DNA of 64,000 nt, from NCBI GenBank assembly GCA_964474885.1, contig CAYYWO010000003.1, positions 57,337 to 121,336 on the forward strand. The letters run 5' to 3'. Each line of letters begins with the position of its first letter. Position 1 is the first letter of the stretch. Below the pieces are notes generated by a model that made no database searches, had not been told where the DNA came from, and saw only the letters and a program-made list of their open reading frames with translations. This document shows, piece by piece, positions 28,682 through 36,547 of the stretch. This DNA comes from Candidatus Hadarchaeota archaeon (GTDB lineage Archaea; Hadarchaeota; Hadarchaeia; Hadarchaeales; JAWBSP01). The translations under genes and the position numbers were made by a program.

Positions 28682-29968
28682 TTGTCAAGTCTTCTCCTCC
28701 AGGGGGGCTGGTACCTTTCACCCCAGTTCCAGGTGCTGAAGGGAGACGTGCTGATTGAAGATGACAGGATCGTAAAGGTCGGTGAGGTGAGGGGTCCGGC
28801 TGACCACGTGATCGACGCAAGGGGAAAACTCATAGTCCCCGGATTCGTGAACGCCCACACGCACTCCCCCATGAGTCTCATGAGGGGCTATGCGGAGGAT
28901 CTAGGCTTGGAGGAGTGGCTGGCTGGGAAGATCTGGCCAGTCGAGGAGAAGCTAAAACCCCATCATGTGAGGGCAGGGGCACTGTTGAGCTGTCTCGAGA
29001 TGATCAAATCGGGAATAACCTGTTTCTTCGACATGTACTTCTTTATGGAGGAAGTTGCGAGGGCAGTGGAAGCCTCAGGCCTCAGGGCGGTCCTTTCTTA
29101 TGGGATAATCGATCTGGGGGATCCGGATAGAAGGAAGCGGGAACTCGCCAAAGCTCGGGAACTTTTGGTCCTCCGGGGAAGTGCAGAGGGAAGGATTGAG
29201 ATCGCGTTGGGCCCTCACGCCCCTTATACGTGTTCCGAAGAATGCTTGCTCGAGGTTAGGAGGCTGGCTGAGAAGCACCAGACGCGGATACACATGCATC
29301 TCTCGGAGTCCATGGGAGAGGTCCAGAGGTTTTTAGAGCAAAAGGGAAAGAGACCCGTCGAGTACCTGAGAGAGATAGGGTTCTTGGGGCCGAATCTGAC
29401 GGCGGCACACTGTGTGCACTTGGATCAAAGGGAAATCAAAATCTTGGCCCAAGAGGGGGTATCGGTGGTGCACAACCCAACAAGCAATCTAAAGCTCGGG
29501 TGTGGCATAGCACCGGTGATCGAGATGATCGACCAGGGCATTAATTTATCTCTGGGAACGGATGGACCCGCGAGCAACAACACGCTGAATATCTTCCAGG
29601 AGATGAAACTCTGTGCCCTCTTGCAGAAAGGAAAGAGGCGAGATCCTACCCGACCTAGAACCACGGAGGTTTTGGGAATGGCGACCCAAGGGGGCGCGAG
29701 GGCCTTGGGCCTGCAGGACGTGGGCAGGATCGAGCCCTCGGCCAAGGCGGATGTGGTGCTAATCGATTTGAAAGCACCAAATCTCAGACCCGTTCTAGAC
29801 CTCCGTGCAGCCTTGGTTTACTCCGCTAGGCCGGAGAACGTGTCGCACGTTATAGTGGGGGGAAAGCTCCTCATGGAAAATAGGCAGATCCTGAGCTTGG
29901 ATGAAGAAGAAGTGCTTGAGAAGGCTGAGAAAGCCTCTCAGGAGCTCCTTTCAGATGACGAGGATTAA
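28682..29968 (+). CDS. mtaD: Amidohydrolase, 5'-methylthioadenosine/S-adenosylhomocysteine deaminase-like.
   Basis: 'GFVNAHTHSPMSLMRG' is the metal-binding HxH. 'HLSES...E' and 'HCVHL' motifs are also present. It lies adjacent to ahcY. Confidence 0.7.
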   Translation: MSSLLLQGGWYLSPQFQVLKGDVLIEDDRIVKVGEVRGPADHVIDARGKLIVPGFVNAHTHSPMSLMRGYAEDLGLEEWLAGKIWPVEEKLKPHHVRAGALLSCLEMIKSGITCFFDMYFFMEEVARAVEASGLRAVLSYGIIDLGDPDRRKRELAKARELLVLRGSAEGRIEIALGPHAPYTCSEECLLEVRRLAEKHQTRIHMHLSESMGEVQRFLEQKGKRPVEYLREIGFLGPNLTAAHCVHLDQREIKILAQEGVSVVHNPTSNLKLGCGIAPVIEMIDQGINLSLGTDGPASNNTLNIFQEMKLCALLQKGKRRDPTRPRTTEVLGMATQGGARALGLQDVGRIEPSAKADVVLIDLKAPNLRPVLDLRAALVYSARPENVSHVIVGGKLLMENRQILSLDEEEVLEKAEKASQELLSDDED

Positions 29969-31196
29969 GCATCCCGAGCTGGCTGCTTTGGGCCGGTCAA
30001 GGATAGAATGGGCTACCCAGCACATGCCCGTTTTGGCCAGGATAGCCAAGGAGTTGGAGGAGAGAAAGCCCTTGAAAGGCCTGCGTGTGGGGTTAGCGCT
30101 CCACGTAGAGGCAAAGACTGCAGTTCTCGTGAGAACTCTGAGCCGAGCTGGAGCAAAAATCACCATTGCGGGTTGCAACCCCTTGTCTACTAAGGATGAG
30201 TGTGCTGCGGCCCTGGCGGAGGAGGGGCACGAGGTCTTCGCGTGGAGGGGTGAGACGGAAGAGGAGTATTGGGAGAACTTGCGTTCTGTCCTTGAAACGC
30301 GTCCCCAGCTTATCATCGATGATGGCGGGGACCTGACCTCCTTAGCCCACAGGATGGGTGTGAGTGGGATCTTTGGTGCTTGCGAGGAGACTACCACGGG
30401 AGTGAACCGGGCAAAGCAAATGGAGAGGGAGGGCATCCTGAGGTTCCCCATAATAGCGGTTAACGACACGCCGTCAAAACGTCTGTTCGACAACAGATTC
30501 GGAACGGCCGAGTCCACCCTCCAGGCAGTGTTAACGATAACAAATCTGCAGCTATCTGGGAAAAGGGTGGTGGTAGCGGGGTACGGGCATGTTGGGAGGG
30601 GGATAGCCTCTAGGATGAAGGCAATGGGTGCAGTTGTTTACGTGGTTGAGGTGGATCCGATCAGAGCCCTGGAGGCAGCCATGGACGGTTTCATCGTCAC
30701 GGACATGCAGGAAGCCTCTCGCGTGGGGGACATCTTCATTACGTGTACAGGGAGCGTCAACGTGATAAGGAAGGAGCACTTCTCCCAGATGAAGGATGGG
30801 GTCTTGCTGGTGAATGCCGGGCATTTTGATGTCGAGATAGACCTCAGGTCCCTCAGAGACATGGCAAAGGAGCACAGGAAGGGCATCCAGGATGTTGAGG
30901 AGTTCGTGCTGCCGGATGGTAGGAGACTCTACGTCCTGTGTCAGGGGAGGCTGGTAAACCTAGCCGGGGAACACTCAATGGGGCACCCATGTGAGATAAT
31001 GGACATGAGTTTTTCGCTCCAAGCCCTCTCGCTCTGCTATCTAGTGGAGCACAGGGATGAAATGAAACCAAAGGTCTACCCAGTACCGGAGGAAATCGAC
31101 AAGAAAGTAGCCACATTAAAACTCCTCTCCTTGGGAGCAAAGCTGGAGGCTCAAACAGAGGAGCAGATCAGGTACAGATCAAGTTGGTTGCTCTGA
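29955..31196 (+). CDS. ahcY: Adenosylhomocysteinase.
   Basis: 'RIEWATQHMPVL', the NAD-binding 'VVVAGYGHVGRG' and the C-terminal 'HLPKKLDEKVA-like' region. The start is trimmed to ATG 29955 (M19 of the track ORF). Confidence 0.85.
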   Translation: MTRIKHPELAALGRSRIEWATQHMPVLARIAKELEERKPLKGLRVGLALHVEAKTAVLVRTLSRAGAKITIAGCNPLSTKDECAAALAEEGHEVFAWRGETEEEYWENLRSVLETRPQLIIDDGGDLTSLAHRMGVSGIFGACEETTTGVNRAKQMEREGILRFPIIAVNDTPSKRLFDNRFGTAESTLQAVLTITNLQLSGKRVVVAGYGHVGRGIASRMKAMGAVVYVVEVDPIRALEAAMDGFIVTDMQEASRVGDIFITCTGSVNVIRKEHFSQMKDGVLLVNAGHFDVEIDLRSLRDMAKEHRKGIQDVEEFVLPDGRRLYVLCQGRLVNLAGEHSMGHPCEIMDMSFSLQALSLCYLVEHRDEMKPKVYPVPEEIDKKVATLKLLSLGAKLEAQTEEQIRYRSSWLL

Positions 31197-32720
31197 GAAT
31201 GCCCAGGCGAATTTCCTGAGAAGGCTGCGAGTGTAAATCCGCTCAACCTCCACCTCCACTTGTTTCGCCCACCTAGCGTAGATCTCAGGATTTATGTAGC
31301 TCCTCAATGAGGTGGCCAAGTTGTAGCCCTTAGTCTTTTTTACAAGATCGAGCTTGAGTTTTTGCTCTCTCAACCTCTGTCTCAGCTTGCGCAACCTCTC
31401 CCGGTTTCTCTTGGTCATCCTCTTCTTTTTCAACTTCTCTATCCGCTCCTGAATCTGCTTTATCCTCTGTTGCATTCTCTCAACCCTCTCCTTCCACTTT
31501 TTCGGCGGTTTTTTCTTGTGGTTCAGAATTCTAGCTGCTCTGAGGTTCGCCATCTTAGCGACATAGACTTTTTTGTAGGGATGGTCCCTACTGCTTAGCC
31601 TGGCTTCCCTCAAAGCTTTTTCAACCTCCTTGCTCGCATAATAGGTCCTGAAGACCTTTGCGGTGATGCCGGGCACTATTTTTCCAAGGAACTCATTAAC
31701 CTGCTCGCACCTCACGTCCGGGAAAATCCTGGAACTTTTGCTCTTTTCCATACATTCCTTGAGATTCCTGACGACTTGGGGCGGCATTCTGACGATTCGC
31801 CGGAATCTAACGGCCCCCTTGCCCAAGAAGTCGAATTTGACCTTGTCCTCCCCTAGTATTTTCACGTTTGACTTCTTGAGAGTGGTTGCACCAACTGTGT
31901 CGAGCTCGTCGGGATCTTTTTCATCCCCTACCCTTATCTTCAGGAGGTCGATGAGGTAAGCGACCGTGGCTATCTTCCTTACTTGGGGGTCGGGGGACTC
32001 TAAGCCTCTTAAGATGTGTTTCTGCATCTCAGGAAGCTTCTTCTCGAGTTCTTTAGCGAGTTCAAACTTCTTTTTCTCTCTTTCTTGCTTGATCTTGGCT
32101 GTATCCGCAATCCAAATGTACTTCATTTTTCCGGTTAATTTGTCCCTCCACTTCGCAATCCAAAGAGCATTCGGTTCCCATACCCTTCCTCCCCAAGAGC
32201 TTCCATCTGGGGTTGGGGGAGTGGGAGCGTCTGGGGATAGGTTCAGGATTATGTCAGAGTAGTGAACTCGGGGTTTCCACCTGCCCCTGAGAGGATGTTT
32301 TCCTCTTCCCACAAAAATGCAGGGGGGCTCAACTCTGTAATTGACTTCCACTTTCTGGCCATCGATTATAGCATACCCATATTTCTGCTTTCTTTCTTCG
32401 TTTTCCTTCTTCCGTCTTTCCGCCAATTCTTTTTTGTGCTCCTTGGTCAATGCTTGGTTTGTTTCAATCCACTTCCTGATCTCACTAAAATCGAAGTCCT
32501 CCAGTTTTCCGCCGTCCAAGTTCAGTGCCTTGCAGAAGTCCCGTAGGAAGTTGCGGACGAAGACAGGATCTTCCAGACGTTCGGGAGAGCATTTGACGAA
32601 AGCCAAGGCCATCTCTTCTTGTTCCGGGTTCAACTTGATTTCCTTTCCTCGGAAACGAATCTTAAGACCTTTTGGTTCATACGGTGGAATAAATACTCCG
32701 TTGTGAACGAGTTGGAGCAT
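31179..32720 (-). CDS. Eukaryotic-type DNA topoisomerase IB.
   Basis: The core and catalytic regions include 'KYIWIADTAKIKQ', 'RIVRMPPQVVRNL' and the C-terminal 'LATSLRSYINPEIYARW' (equivalent to the active-site Tyr motif 'SKINY'), separated by a Lys/Arg-rich linker. Confidence 0.8.
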   Translation of the reverse strand: MLQLVHNGVFIPPYEPKGLKIRFRGKEIKLNPEQEEMALAFVKCSPERLEDPVFVRNFLRDFCKALNLDGGKLEDFDFSEIRKWIETNQALTKEHKKELAERRKKENEERKQKYGYAIIDGQKVEVNYRVEPPCIFVGRGKHPLRGRWKPRVHYSDIILNLSPDAPTPPTPDGSSWGGRVWEPNALWIAKWRDKLTGKMKYIWIADTAKIKQEREKKKFELAKELEKKLPEMQKHILRGLESPDPQVRKIATVAYLIDLLKIRVGDEKDPDELDTVGATTLKKSNVKILGEDKVKFDFLGKGAVRFRRIVRMPPQVVRNLKECMEKSKSSRIFPDVRCEQVNEFLGKIVPGITAKVFRTYYASKEVEKALREARLSSRDHPYKKVYVAKMANLRAARILNHKKKPPKKWKERVERMQQRIKQIQERIEKLKKKRMTKRNRERLRKLRQRLREQKLKLDLVKKTKGYNLATSLRSYINPEIYARWAKQVEVEVERIYTRSLLRKFAWAFSEQPT

Positions 32721-32738
32721 AACAAATGGACGGAAGAC

Positions 32739-33167
32739 TTATGTTACCCTTATGTAGCGCAGGATTTGATTGGCAGGCTTGTAGACGATCGTTATTACGT
32801 CGCCGAAGGCAAGTGGCTTTGGAGCTTGGACATATAGAACATCTCCTGCACTCAAAGTGATCATGCCTTGAGGATTGTTATCCCCGTTGTACGACACAAT
32901 AGTGGCATTTTGACCATTTACCCGTACAATAAGGTTGTTCCAGCTTTTACCGTTAATGGCATCCTTGATGTTATCCCCACCCATATGGTAGATTGTGAAA
33001 TTTTCGTAGCCGCTTGATGCGTTCTCTAACATGAGGTTTACATTCACTGGAGTGGGAACAGTTCCAACAAGTCCCGTTGCGATCACGGCCACCATCGAAA
33101 CCAACAAGACTGTAACGACAATCAGTAGAACTGTTGCTATTACTGGAGATACTCCGTTCTGTTGCAT
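32739..33167 (-). CDS. Archaeal type IV pilin/archaellin-like protein with a class III signal peptide (DUF361-type).
   Basis: 'MQQNGVSPVIATVLLIVVTVLLV' is a prepilin-peptidase site (G|VSPVIA) followed by a hydrophobic helix, then a beta-rich C-terminus. Confidence 0.65.
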   Translation of the reverse strand: MQQNGVSPVIATVLLIVVTVLLVSMVAVIATGLVGTVPTPVNVNLMLENASSGYENFTIYHMGGDNIKDAINGKSWNNLIVRVNGQNATIVSYNGDNNPQGMITLSAGDVLYVQAPKPLAFGDVITIVYKPANQILRYIRVT

Positions 33168-33182
33168 TATAATTATCTTCCC

Positions 33183-33191
33183 TATAAATAT
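33183..33191 (-). promoter_or_regulatory. Candidate TATA box for the pilin gene.
   Basis: 'ctataaatatt' lies about 17-24 nt upstream of the pilin ATG (33167) on the minus strand. Confidence 0.3.
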
Positions 33192-33193
33192 TA

Positions 33194-33976
33194 GTGGAGG
33201 GAGGGCAGGTGATCCCGACTGGGGTTAAGTCAGTCGACCTATTAGTTGGAGGGGGTGTAAGAGCTGGATCCCTTATCCTTTTATATGGACCACCCAAGGC
33301 ATTCAAGTCGGAATTTCTAGCAAATGTAGCAGTCATTTGGGCGGCAATGAAAGAAGGCAAACTCAAACCACCAAGAAACGTGAAGATCCCTAGGACAACT
33401 TGGTATCTTTGTTTATCAAAATCTCCTACTGAAATAACCAGCTCGGTCAAAAATATGTTCAGCAAGAAGTACTTTGAACTCTTCAAGAGGAATGTCAAGT
33501 TTTTAGACTTGAGCAAGGAGTACTCAGCCCTTGTAGGTTCATTCTGGGAAAAGCAGAAAACACCAGATGTGAGAAAATTCGTCCTCAGCATCGTCAACAA
33601 ACTCAAAAAGATCGGCCCGGAATCCCTACTGTTCATCTACACGCTGACTGACATAGCGAGACTCCTGCATGAGAGACCGGTAGAGTTCTTGTCCTTTATG
33701 GAGGGTCTTCGCACGGCCGCACACTCTTGGAAGGGAGTGGTTTATGGAATCCTGAGGAAAGGGGCCCTTCCAACAGCTATGGAGGAAGATATTTTATCCA
33801 TCTCCGACGGCACATTTTACTTTGATGTTGAGAAGGTTGGTACCAGCGAGAGATACACTTTGACGTTACTGGCCCTCAGTGGAGTCCCCACCTCTGCCTT
33901 AGGTCAAGTTTTCGAAATTTCAGTCACTTCAGATGGATTTCACGCTGAGGCAGTCAAATCCATCCTCGGGGTCTAG
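33194..33976 (+). CDS. ArlH/FlaH-like KaiC/RecA-family protein with a degenerate Walker A (probable pseudo-ATPase).
   Basis: 'IPTGVKSVDLLVGGGVRAGSLILLYGPPKAFKSEFLANVA' aligns to the FlaH N-terminus ('GGGIP.GSL.LIEGD.GTGKS') but has GPPKAFKS in place of GxxGxGKS. It uses a GTG start. Confidence 0.5.
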   Translation: MEGGQVIPTGVKSVDLLVGGGVRAGSLILLYGPPKAFKSEFLANVAVIWAAMKEGKLKPPRNVKIPRTTWYLCLSKSPTEITSSVKNMFSKKYFELFKRNVKFLDLSKEYSALVGSFWEKQKTPDVRKFVLSIVNKLKKIGPESLLFIYTLTDIARLLHERPVEFLSFMEGLRTAAHSWKGVVYGILRKGALPTAMEEDILSISDGTFYFDVEKVGTSERYTLTLLALSGVPTSALGQVFEISVTSDGFHAEAVKSILGV

Positions 33977-34122
33977 TCTATTTTTTCGATCTCCTTGGAG
34001 CAGCAAAAAGGGCAGAGTAGAATCTTGTTTCCACGGTCTAAAAACAGTGCTGGTTCGGAAAATTCGTACGAGCAATTTTTACATCGAAATTTAGCTTTAG
34101 CTTTCTTCTGCTTCTCCTTCAT
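33973..34122 (-). CDS. Small zinc-ribbon protein (49 aa), absent from the supplied ORF track.
   Basis: Hand translation of the minus strand gives MKEKQKKAKAKFRCKNCSYEFSEPALFLDRGNKILLCPFCCSKEIEKID, a CxxC...CxxC pattern with a Lys-rich N-terminus. It fills the gap between the ArlH-like and MinD-like genes. Confidence 0.35.
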   Translation of the reverse strand: MKEKQKKAKAKFRCKNCSYEFSEPALFLDRGNKILLCPFCCSKEIEKID

Positions 34123-34157
34123 CTTCCCTCCGTATCATTATCGGTATAAACGGATTA

Positions 34158-34874
34158 TTGGATTGGAGGATGATATACGCGATAATATCCGGGAAAGGGG
34201 GGGTGGGGAAAACAACCTTGGCCGCGAACCTAGGCCCACTAGCTGCGGAGCTTGGTAAAAAGACGCTTTTGGTTGATACAGATTTAGCCGCTGGAAATCT
34301 TGCTCTTTATCTGGGCTTAACCGAACCGAGTAAGACCCTCCACGACTTGTTGGCAGGGGAGAAAGATATACATTCCTGCATATATTCCCTCCGTGAAGGT
34401 CTCGATGTCCTGCCAGCTGGCCTTTCCCTAAAGGGATTTTTGAAAGCAGACATAGCCGGGCTCCCGCAACTCATGAAGAAAGTAACCAAAGGTTATGAAG
34501 TCGTAATTTTAGACACGCCCCCTGGTATAAGCAGGAATAGCATAGTCCCGTTGAAGTGCGCAGATCTAGCAGTTCTCGTCACCACGGCGGATCCACCCTC
34601 CCTAACCGTTAGCGTAAAGATGAAGGCCATAGCTTCCATTCTCGATAGGAGGATTGCTGGAACGGTCATAAACCGAGTAGAGAAAGGATTTTTAAAGAAG
34701 AACAAGCCAGCGGTCATTGCCAAGCAGCTGGGAACGGAAATCGTGGGCACTATCCCCGAGGACGATAAAGTAAAACAGTCAATTGAGCTCGGGAAGCCCA
34801 TTGTTCTCCACCGACCCAAATCGCAGGCTTCTAAAGCTCTTAGAGCGATCGCGTTAAGTCTTTTTGGCGGATAA
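34158..34874 (+). CDS. MinD/ParA-family P-loop ATPase (TadZ/CpaE-like).
   Basis: The deviant Walker A 'ISGKGGVGKTTLAANLG', 'VLVDTDLAAGNLALYLG' and 'VVILDTPPG'. Confidence 0.7.
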   Translation: MDWRMIYAIISGKGGVGKTTLAANLGPLAAELGKKTLLVDTDLAAGNLALYLGLTEPSKTLHDLLAGEKDIHSCIYSLREGLDVLPAGLSLKGFLKADIAGLPQLMKKVTKGYEVVILDTPPGISRNSIVPLKCADLAVLVTTADPPSLTVSVKMKAIASILDRRIAGTVINRVEKGFLKKNKPAVIAKQLGTEIVGTIPEDDKVKQSIELGKPIVLHRPKSQASKALRAIALSLFGG

Positions 34875-34897
34875 ATCAGTTCTACTTTAGGTAATAG

Positions 34898-36547
34898 ATG
34901 AAAAAATCTAAACTTAAGTCCAAACTCAAATCGGAGCAGCTCAGTTTGCTGAAGATTGAGGAAAGGGATGAAGAACTGGAGCAGCTCAGGAGTTATAGTG
35001 ATAAAATAATGGGTGAGAGCATTCACCTCTCTCCCTCTCCAACCACCTACGATCCGATCAGATTCGGCCCCCTCGTCTCTTTCCGCTTGCCAGAAGGGTA
35101 CACAGAAGTCGAGAGGTATTGGCTGGATCCTCCTTTCGCCTTCGTGGTGGTTCTTGAAGACAAGGGTACAGGCAAAACAACTTATCATATAGTCGAACCA
35201 GAGCTAACACCATTCGAGCGCGCACTCTTGGACAAAATAAAGGATGAATTGTACGATAGATTGCCCTATGAGGGTTCTAGAGAACCGGAAAAAGTGTTTG
35301 AGAGAGCCTACGCGGAAGTTGCTAGAGCTCTAGGAGTGAAGGATTGGCGCATGTACCACAAGCTGTTGTACTTCCTGAAAAGAGAAACACTCGGGTTCGG
35401 CAAGCTGGATCCAATTTTTAAAGACAGGAATGTCGAGGATATTTCATGTGATGCTCCTGGTGTGCCAGTTTTTCTTTACCACAGGAAGTACTACAACATA
35501 GAAACTAATCTCATCTTCGATCGGGAGGAACTAGATACCTATGTGATGAGACTCGTTGAAAGGAGCGGAAAGCATGTTTCACTAGCCAGGCCAGTTGTGG
35601 ATGCTACACTCCCAGGAGGTCATCGTCTTGAGGCAACCTTTGCAACTGAGGTGACGAGCAAGGGAAGTTCTATGTCCATTCGAAAATTCATGGGCGGCAC
35701 TTTTACTCCAGTTGACTTGATAAGATTCGGAACTTTCAGTCCATCTATGCTCGCCTACCTCTGGATAGCAGCGGAGAATAGAAAAAGCATAATGGTTATT
35801 GGGGGCACAGCTGCGGGGAAGACCTCCACCCTGAACGCCCTCGCCTTCTTCATACCACCGGACGCCAAGATAGTGACGATAGAGGATACACGTGAGCTCT
35901 CCTTGTACCAACAGAATTGGATCCCTATGGTGACTAGGGAGGCTCCAGGGGAGGCGATGAAGATAGACATGTATGAGTTGCTCAGGCAGGCTCTCAGGCA
36001 GAGACCAGAGTGTTTGATTGTAGGAGAAGTGAGGGGAAGGGAAGCGATGACAATGTTTCAAGCTCTCTCAACTGGACATACCGCATACTGTACATTGCAT
36101 GCCGGAAACGTTCAGGAGGCAATTTTGAGACTGGAGAGCGATCCGATGAACGTTCCACACACCATGATATCTGCGCTGGATATAATATGTGTTCAAACGA
36201 TTGCCTATTTGGGAAAGAAAAGAGTCAGGAGAAATCAGCTTATCGCAGAAATCGTGGGGGTCACCCCACAAACTAAGGAGGTCAAACTTGTGGAGCTGTT
36301 CAGTTGGGATCCGTCAACTGACTCCTTTAAGGAATTGGCTGAACCCCCAAGTTGGAAGGAGATATGCAAGATGAGAAACATAGACAGGCTGGATCTCGAG
36401 AAGGAATATGAGAGGAGGGCGGAGTTTTTGGCAACAATGGCGGAGAAGGGCGTGACCGATTACGATGATGTATCGAGGCTGATAAACCTTTACTATTTCA
36501 ATCCGGAGAAGGCATTTGCCGAGTTGAGGGCATTTAAGAAACGGTAA
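34898..36547 (+). CDS. ArlI/FlaI-like type IV filament assembly ATPase (TadA/VirB11 superfamily).
   Basis: Walker A 'IMVIGGTAAGKTSTLNAL', the Asp box and Walker B 'IVTIEDTRELS', and the His box 'ALSTGHTAYCTLHA'. Confidence 0.8.
   Translation: MKKSKLKSKLKSEQLSLLKIEERDEELEQLRSYSDKIMGESIHLSPSPTTYDPIRFGPLVSFRLPEGYTEVERYWLDPPFAFVVVLEDKGTGKTTYHIVEPELTPFERALLDKIKDELYDRLPYEGSREPEKVFERAYAEVARALGVKDWRMYHKLLYFLKRETLGFGKLDPIFKDRNVEDISCDAPGVPVFLYHRKYYNIETNLIFDREELDTYVMRLVERSGKHVSLARPVVDATLPGGHRLEATFATEVTSKGSSMSIRKFMGGTFTPVDLIRFGTFSPSMLAYLWIAAENRKSIMVIGGTAAGKTSTLNALAFFIPPDAKIVTIEDTRELSLYQQNWIPMVTREAPGEAMKIDMYELLRQALRQRPECLIVGEVRGREAMTMFQALSTGHTAYCTLHAGNVQEAILRLESDPMNVPHTMISALDIICVQTIAYLGKKRVRRNQLIAEIVGVTPQTKEVKLVELFSWDPSTDSFKELAEPPSWKEICKMRNIDRLDLEKEYERRAEFLATMAEKGVTDYDDVSRLINLYYFNPEKAFAELRAFKKR

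Noticed and set aside
33995-34258. Plus-strand 87 aa ORF between the ArlH-like and MinD-like genes.
   Set aside because: It is low-complexity and overlaps the MinD start. The minus strand here encodes a clean CxxC...CxxC zinc-ribbon ORF instead.
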